DNA of 64,000 nucleotides from an uncultured Bacillales bacterium (GTDB lineage Bacteria; Bacillota_I; Bacilli_A; RF39; UBA660): NCBI GenBank assembly GCA_946536225.1, contig CAMNEE010000003.1, positions 25,533 to 89,532 of the forward strand, read 5' to 3'. Shown piece by piece: positions 63,913 to 64,000 of this stretch (position 1 is its first letter; each line of letters starts with the position of its first letter). The notes under the pieces were generated by a model. It saw only the letters and a program-made list of their open reading frames with translations, ran no database searches and was not told where the DNA came from. The position numbers and the translations under genes were made by a program.

Positions 63913-63965
63913 CTTCCATATAAAAAATCAATATGGTAAAATATATACAATAAGAAAAAATATCG

Positions 63966-63996
63966 GAGAAGATGAATTACATCTTCTTTTTTTGTT
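63966..63996 (+). terminator. Rho-independent terminator
   Basis: Hairpin gaagatg-aattac-atcttc followed by T7. Confidence 0.5.
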
Positions 63997-64000
63997 GTCC

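Noticed and set aside
63633-63950. 105-aa minus-strand ORF over the repeat block
   Set aside because: Its translation is F/L/C-rich repeat text produced by the AAAAAGTACG and A-tract repeats; this is non-coding repeat DNA.
1-64000. CRISPR array, tRNA/rRNA genes, integrase or transposase
   Set aside because: I looked for regularly spaced direct repeats with unique spacers, tRNA T-loop/acceptor signatures and recombinase motifs and found none. The only tandem repeats (63642..63685) are four contiguous 11-mers without spacers.

Overview
This is a low-GC, AT-rich Firmicutes-type chromosomal segment (standard code, long uninterrupted ORFs, GGAGG-like RBSs) that mixes housekeeping genes with accessory modules. 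I found no tRNA or rRNA genes and no CRISPR array. No integrase, recombinase or transposase appears inside the window, so mobility of the accessory regions is not demonstrated.

Housekeeping genes:
- argS, dxs, trxA and trxB, a long-form phosphofructokinase, a 16S rRNA m5C methyltransferase, and a U32 peptidase.

Accessory modules, in order along the window:
1. 1 to 3464: a radical-SAM enzyme sits between a 5'-truncated UvrD-helicase/PD-(D/E)XK nuclease and a compact UvrD-like helicase.
2. 12.6 to 20.9 kb: a minimal type VIIb-like secretion locus. It has an EssC FtsK/SpoIIIE ATPase, a YukD/EsaB-like ubiquitin-fold protein, two WXG100-like proteins, several small helical proteins, and a terminal alpha/beta-hydrolase (lipase-like) with a C-terminal helical extension. 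No EssB, EsaA or EssA is present.
3. 44.4 to 47.2 kb: three paralogous sortase-anchored surface proteins carrying NPQTG/NPKT sorting signals. One is split by a frameshift at an A10 homopolymer (phase-variation candidate).
4. 47.5 to 63.5 kb: a defence island of about 16 kb, all on the minus strand, carrying at least two systems.
   - A DUF2075-type ATPase/nuclease plus a MazG-like NTP pyrophosphohydrolase, with three uncharacterised genes. One of these has an Rx4H HEPN-like motif.
   - An RM-like module: a fused double C5-cytosine methyltransferase, a MORC/GHKL-type ATPase, a Z1-domain (SF2-like, GxVQSGKT) protein and four unknown proteins, one of them a PD-(D/E)XK candidate.
5. Window end: 11-bp tandem repeats and an A-tract-rich region.

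All functional calls come from motifs and architecture recognised by eye, not from database searches.
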